64,000 nt of DNA from Planctomycetota bacterium (GTDB lineage Bacteria > Planctomycetota > UBA8108 > SXIK01), in contig OZ244999.1 of assembly GCA_965223265.1 (NCBI GenBank), positions 8,512,001-8,576,000 of the forward strand, written 5' to 3'. The first letter of the stretch is position 1, and each line of letters begins with the position of its first letter. Below are positions 59,033 to 64,000 of this stretch, one piece after another. The notes beneath the pieces were generated by a model, which searched no databases, had not been told where the DNA came from, and saw only the letters and a program-made list of their open reading frames with translations. Position numbers and translations under genes: made by a program.

Positions 59033-61213
59033 TCAAAAGCGTCGCTCGCGGTGCACGATCGCCAGCGGCCCGGTTGGACGACCTTGTTTGTCGGTGACTG
59101 TCACGCGGATCGGGGGCGTGCAGAACGGAACGAAGACGCTGAATTCGATCGGTACCAACCCGATGACCACCGTCTCCACACCCGTGATCGGCGCCGCGTC
59201 CGCTTCCGCCGTCAGCGCGATGCGGCCCTCGACGTCGCTACCGTTAATTCCCGTTCGACTTTCCTTGTCGTTGACGACGACGCCCGGCGGGAGAGAGTTT
59301 CCGAACACATTCCGACCAAACCGCCAGTCGCCCCAGAGCGACACGCTGCCCGAGGCGTACTGGCTGCCGCGGACAAGCTCGACGTCGATGTACTTCGTCT
59401 CTCCCGGTGCGAGGTGAATCTCCGTCAGCGGCGTCGTGACCTCGATGTCGGACGCCGCGGTGACCGCAATGCCGCCAGTGCGGCCGACGACGCGGCGGGC
59501 TTGGTAGATCTCCACCAGTGGTGTGGCTCGACGCTCGACGCGGCTCTCGGCCCCCGTGGAAGACTTGAGGGTTCCGCGGCCGCGGATGCGGAAGATCGAA
59601 CCGTCGGTCGGCGCGTCAGGGGACACTGAGAAGACCAGGCAGGCGTCACGCATGCCAGCACGAATTGGCGTGGTGGTTGCCGTCACCCCTTTGGGGAGCC
59701 CTTCGACCTCCAGATCGATCTGGCCGTTGAATCCACCGCGACGGTGAGCCCGGACGTAGATCGGCGTCCGATTGCCGGGACCCACCATGCAGAGCTCCGG
59801 ATCGAAACTAAGAGCGAAGTCCTGCTCGTCGACGCTGCACTCGAGCTGGTAGACCGAATCGGCACCGCCGCGCTGATGAAGATCGCGGAGCTGTAGGAAG
59901 TAGGTGCCGTCGGCTGGCGCCTTCCAAACGACGACAGGGTCTTTGATCGGGCGCCCCGCCAGGTCTTTCGCGTCGTCCCCGGTTGCCAAGCGCTTGCCGT
60001 CGGCGTCGAGCACAGAGAGGACCGCGTCGAGGCGGCTGAAAAGCCGCCGCGCGTACACTTCGAATCGGTACGTGGTGCCCGCGGTCGCCCTGAACGCGTA
60101 GGTGTCGACATCTGCGTCGATGGCAAGTCGACCGGCAACGCCCGCCGGCAGGTTGATCGGCTGGGCATTCTCGATCGCATCGTTGACGTTTCCGCCCGGC
60201 TCCGCCTCCTGTGCGGCTGGCAGTCGTGCGGCAATGACGGACAGTTCGTTGAGGGCGGTGCCATCGGCTGCGAGCGGTGTGACAAGATACGTGTCGCCGG
60301 CGACGGCTCGAAGGGGAAGTTTGATCCGCGCGCGACTTCCCGGTCCGTACCCCGGGCCGATCACCTCAACACTGGTGCTCTCACCCGGCACTGCGACAAG
60401 CGGCAACGTGATCTGTGCGTACGGACCGCGCGTCGCGAGAATGGTGTAGGTGTAGGACCGGTGTCCCTTGTAGTTGGCGTCACGCACAGCGAGCCGGTAC
60501 TCGCCGTCCGCGTCGAACTCATGCGAAAGGAGCGGGTCTGCGAAATAGTGATCGTCGCCAGTCGCCACCTCACGCCCGGTGCCATCGTAGAGGGTGAGGT
60601 GGGCATCGAAATGCGGTGTGAAGCGACCAACTTTGCAGATCGTCTCGTGCAGGCGGGTGCCGATCAGGTTGAAGTTGATGCGATCGCCTCGGCGAGCATG
60701 AAAGCGGTACCAGTCGATCTCCACCGCGCCGCCGATGCGGCCAGTGACGGCACCTTCGATCGAAATCTCTTGCGCTTTCTCCTGGCTCCCGTGGTCACTC
60801 GTTTCGACCGTTGTCGGTAAGTGTGTGACGTAGAAGCGCGCCACCGTAGTGATCGACTCCTTGGTCACGAGACGCAGATCGTGGGGGCCGAGAGCGGCGG
60901 CGCGACCGACGGTGACGCGAACACGGGCATGACCGTCAGGCAGCTTCTTTTCCGCATCGCGGGGCAGCACTTCAGCCGCGATATCGCCGTCAGCGACAAG
61001 TGCCTTGTGCGCCGACTTGACGTTGCCGTTCGTTTCGATCGTGAGGTCGCTCGTGCTGCCAAGACTGACGCAAACAGGGTAGACCGAATCGACGTGCGGA
61101 TACTTCGTCTGGGCTACAAGCGGCGTTACAGCGAGGGTCGCGGCAAGGAGCATGGCCGGTCCGAGCGTAAACCAGCGCGGGATGGACGTTATCGCCGCGG
61201 CGCGGCGCCGCAT
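59033..61213 (-). CDS. PPC (pre-peptidase C-terminal) repeat exported protein
   Basis: AQ.I...V.GR....D.D.Y.F.A..G, D..L...D..G...A..DD, DP......DG.Y.L..RD. Confidence 0.85.
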   Translation of the reverse strand: MRRRAAAITSIPRWFTLGPAMLLAATLAVTPLVAQTKYPHVDSVYPVCVSLGSTSDLTIETNGNVKSAHKALVADGDIAAEVLPRDAEKKLPDGHARVRVTVGRAAALGPHDLRLVTKESITTVARFYVTHLPTTVETSDHGSQEKAQEISIEGAVTGRIGGAVEIDWYRFHARRGDRINFNLIGTRLHETICKVGRFTPHFDAHLTLYDGTGREVATGDDHYFADPLLSHEFDADGEYRLAVRDANYKGHRSYTYTILATRGPYAQITLPLVAVPGESTSVEVIGPGYGPGSRARIKLPLRAVAGDTYLVTPLAADGTALNELSVIAARLPAAQEAEPGGNVNDAIENAQPINLPAGVAGRLAIDADVDTYAFRATAGTTYRFEVYARRLFSRLDAVLSVLDADGKRLATGDDAKDLAGRPIKDPVVVWKAPADGTYFLQLRDLHQRGGADSVYQLECSVDEQDFALSFDPELCMVGPGNRTPIYVRAHRRGGFNGQIDLEVEGLPKGVTATTTPIRAGMRDACLVFSVSPDAPTDGSIFRIRGRGTLKSSTGAESRVERRATPLVEIYQARRVVGRTGGIAVTAASDIEVTTPLTEIHLAPGETKYIDVELVRGSQYASGSVSLWGDWRFGRNVFGNSLPPGVVVNDKESRTGINGSDVEGRIALTAEADAAPITGVETVVIGLVPIEFSVFVPFCTPPIRVTVTDKQGRPTGPLAIVHRERRF

Positions 61214-61621
61214 GAATCGATCACTCACTTTTGCCTCCGCCTGACGATGAACGATCTTTGCCCCATAGCCGCTTTCATGTTCGACTGCTCTCACAATATG
61301 CGTGGTGAGGCACGAAAGCAATCTCGCGCTGGGCAGAGCTGGACCCCAACGCCTGCAAAAAAATGACGGCAAGAAACGCCTTCGGCTCGGTGATAGCACG
61401 CCATTAGCGACGTTCGAACCGCGTCGGCAATGCTCACGTACCGTGAACTACGCGCCGCGAGCCGCCACGTCTCAAACGCCGCTACTGACGCACTCTTCAC
61501 CGTTCTTATTCGCCATTTTTTGCAACGTTTGGGGCTGGAGTCGTGGTCCCACCGTTCAGATCGGCTGGTAAGCGCTTCGCGGCTCAGCACTCGAGTTTTG
61601 GAGTCGATCGTCGCTCTATGT

Positions 61622-62047
61622 CTATAGATGCGCCACGAGTAGCGCCACGACCACCTGAATGGCGACGAACATTACGCCGACGGCGATGTCGTCCCGGCCG
61701 GGAAGCCAGCAGAAGTCGTAGAATCCCGTTCTCGAGGTTTCAAGTCGACTGCCGCACTGTGGACAGAGCGCGTTTCGACGCGCGCGAAGGGTTGCCGCCA
61801 CGCGGCTCGCGAGGATGGCGAGCGCCAGGCCGCCCACCACCGCGGCCATGGCTGCAGGCCAGGCGCCGCGCCAAGCGTCACCGAAGCGTCCACGAAATCG
61901 CGGCACTTGGAGAATCAACCCGACAGCTACAAGGAGCGTCCAGTACAGAATCGCACTGCTGTGCTGCTCGAGCCGTCGGTAGTCGCAACTGGCGCAGGAG
62001 AGTTCTTCTTGACTGCCGGAAAAAAGCATCGGGGGAGCCCCCACCAT
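61622..62047 (-). CDS. Small membrane protein with CxxC zinc-ribbon-like motifs (start uncertain)
   Basis: CASC and CPQC motifs with three hydrophobic helices at the 3' end of the 686-aa shadow ORF. Confidence 0.55.
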   Translation of the reverse strand: MVGAPPMLFSGSQEELSCASCDYRRLEQHSSAILYWTLLVAVGLILQVPRFRGRFGDAWRGAWPAAMAAVVGGLALAILASRVAATLRARRNALCPQCGSRLETSRTGFYDFCWLPGRDDIAVGVMFVAIQVVVALLVAHL

Positions 62048-62158
62048 TGCTGAGCGTTCGCCAGACGTAGTTGCAACCGTCGAAGGCGACCGCCATGATA
62101 GGTGAAACCGTGCTCCCGCGACAGTGGGTAAAGAAGGACCTATGGGTAACACCGCAAG

Positions 62159-64000
62159 ATGAGCCATCGTGCTGCCCTGAAACGCAGTTTCGTGCCGACT
62201 CTTTGGGTCGCGAGTCATTGGTGGTTCGGCTTGGTGTGTGTCGCTGCCGACGCGCACTCGGAGCGATTCTCCGAGCGGCTCCAGCTCGGCGCCCCGTTGA
62301 GCAGCGGTGGCTGCCGCGACATCGCCGGTCGTCAGCACGAGCTTTCGCCATCGTCTGGCGTGGCGGCCACAGTGCTCGCCTTCAACGGCATTGGTTGCCC
62401 GCTTTCTGAGCTCTACACACCGCGCGTTGAGGAGCTCGCAACACGCTTCGCGAGTCGAGGTGTTCGTTTTTTTGCGGTCAATAGCAACCACCACGACACG
62501 GTCGATGAGTTGCGCCAATTCGCGCAGCGCCACGACCTGAAGATCCCTCTTCTGAAGGACTTTGATCACGCTTTGGCCGATCGACTCGGAGCGACACGGA
62601 CGACGGAGGTCTTTCTTTTCGACGCCGATTTCAAGCTGCGCTACCGCGGTCGCGTCGACGATCAGTACAGCCTCACGGATCTTTCCGTTGGCGTGCGTAA
62701 GGCGCGACCGGAGCGAGGTTTTCTGGCAGACGCGATTGAGACCGTGCTCGCCGGTGGAGATGTCAAGACGTCGACGACAGAAGCGGTCGGTTGCGTGATC
62801 GATCGCAAACGTGACGTCAAGCAAGGTGGTGGCGTGACGTTTCATCGTGACGTTGAACCGATCCTTCAAGCGCGCTGCCAAAGTTGCCATCGCGACGGCG
62901 AGATCGCTCCGTTTCCGCTGCTCGACTATGATGATGTCGCGGGCTGGAGTGGCATGATTCGAGAGGTTGTGCTGAACCGACGCATGCCACCCTGGCATGC
63001 GGATGCAGGAGTTGGCGACTTCATCAACGATCGCAGCCTCACCGACGGGGAGGTCGATACCCTCGTACGTTGGGTGGATCATGGTGCGCCCCGAGGTGAC
63101 GTGCGGGATCGTCCGCCTGCAGTGGAGTTTCCCGACGGCTGGCAGATTGGGGAGCCCGACGCCATCTACGGGATGCCTGAGGCGTTCGAAGTGCCGGCGG
63201 AAGGGACTGTGCGTTACCAGTATTTCAAGATTGAGACCAACCTCGACGAGGATCGTTGGGTCACGGCTGCGGAGGTGCGACCGGGAAACCGCGCCGTCGT
63301 CCATCACATCCTCGTCTTCGCGATCGACCCGAAGCGCCCCCGCGCGTGGCGCCGCGACCGTGGCGGTGCGGCGGGTTACTTTGCGGCTATGGTTCCTGGC
63401 GAGCGCCCAGTGATCTACCCGCCAGGGGCTGGCAAGCGCCTGCCGGCGGGCGCGACGCTCGTCATGCAGGTGCACTACACGGCTAACGGTCAACCACAGA
63501 CGGATCGATCGCGAGTCGCATTTCGATTCGCCCAGGCGCCGGTGACGCGTGAGGTGAGGACGCGAAGTGCATATCAGGACCACCTGCTGATCGTTCCACC
63601 GAACACCGCCGATCATCCGGTGAGCGCACGCTTCACGTTTAAGCGCGACGCACATCTGCTGAGCTTCCTGCCGCACATGCATCTACGCGGCAAGGCATTT
63701 GAGTACGTCGCGCACTATCCAACCCGGGCACGGGTCTCTGTAGCTCCTAACCTCGGCAAGTTGTCGGCGGCAGACTTCATTCGACTCAACTATGACGAGG
63801 CGACTGGGGAATTGACTTGGGTCGGCGAGATGGACGATGCGACGTTCGCGAAACTGCAGGCGATGTACGCCGGCAACAACGACGATCTCGAAGCGATCGA
63901 CACGTTGCGGCGACAGGCTCGCTCGGAGACGCTGCTGAGCGTCTCGCGTTACGACTTTGGCTGGCAGAGTACGTATCGCCTCCGAGAACCGAAGTGGATG
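62159..64000 (+). CDS. Redoxin + c-type heme + copper type II monooxygenase-like exported protein; 3' end runs off the window
   Basis: Manual translation (not in the ORF track): GIGCPLS, VNSN, LGATRT.EVF, YRGRVDDQY, CQSCH, MPPW, VVHH, QVHY, PHMHLRGK, YDFGWQ. Confidence 0.88.
   Translation, partial: MSHRAALKRSFVPTLWVASHWWFGLVCVAADAHSERFSERLQLGAPLSSGGCRDIAGRQHELSPSSGVAATVLAFNGIGCPLSELYTPRVEELATRFASRGVRFFAVNSNHHDTVDELRQFAQRHDLKIPLLKDFDHALADRLGATRTTEVFLFDADFKLRYRGRVDDQYSLTDLSVGVRKARPERGFLADAIETVLAGGDVKTSTTEAVGCVIDRKRDVKQGGGVTFHRDVEPILQARCQSCHRDGEIAPFPLLDYDDVAGWSGMIREVVLNRRMPPWHADAGVGDFINDRSLTDGEVDTLVRWVDHGAPRGDVRDRPPAVEFPDGWQIGEPDAIYGMPEAFEVPAEGTVRYQYFKIETNLDEDRWVTAAEVRPGNRAVVHHILVFAIDPKRPRAWRRDRGGAAGYFAAMVPGERPVIYPPGAGKRLPAGATLVMQVHYTANGQPQTDRSRVAFRFAQAPVTREVRTRSAYQDHLLIVPPNTADHPVSARFTFKRDAHLLSFLPHMHLRGKAFEYVAHYPTRARVSVAPNLGKLSAADFIRLNYDEATGELTWVGEMDDATFAKLQAMYAGNNDDLEAIDTLRRQARSETLLSVSRYDFGWQSTYRLREPKWM

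Noticed and set aside
62048-63682. Upstream part of the 686-aa minus-strand ORF
   Set aside because: Antisense shadow of the plus-strand redoxin/monooxygenase gene
63716-63930. Intein in the monooxygenase domain
   Set aside because: Too short and lacks the C/S...HN-C/S/T splice motifs

Overview
A GC-rich bacterial window, probably from a Planctomycetota genome. This is inferred from a DUF1549/DUF1553 plus DUF1501 pair, a PPC-repeat protein, a planctomycete-type dockerin and a PQQ-like propeller. It holds a housekeeping block (ffh, rpsP, trmD, rplS, yraN-like, rnc, mfd, SurA-like PPIase), dusB, hemB, a small sugar-catabolism cluster and many large exported proteins. The main points not shown by the ORF track are: (1) an AhpD-like selenoprotein candidate split by an in-frame TGA in a CxxU motif, followed by a SECIS-like hairpin; (2) a lipoprotein fusing a CX5R phosphatase, a neutral ceramidase and a C-terminal outer-membrane barrel; (3) a ~1430-aa protein with a voltage-sensor-like S1-S4 module and no visible pore; (4) sigma54-type -24/-12 motifs upstream of four envelope genes, one of them an unannotated 56-aa membrane peptide; (5) two edge-truncated genes; (6) hexamer arrays and a degenerate MITE-like repeat. 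All calls were made by eye from motifs; no searches were run.
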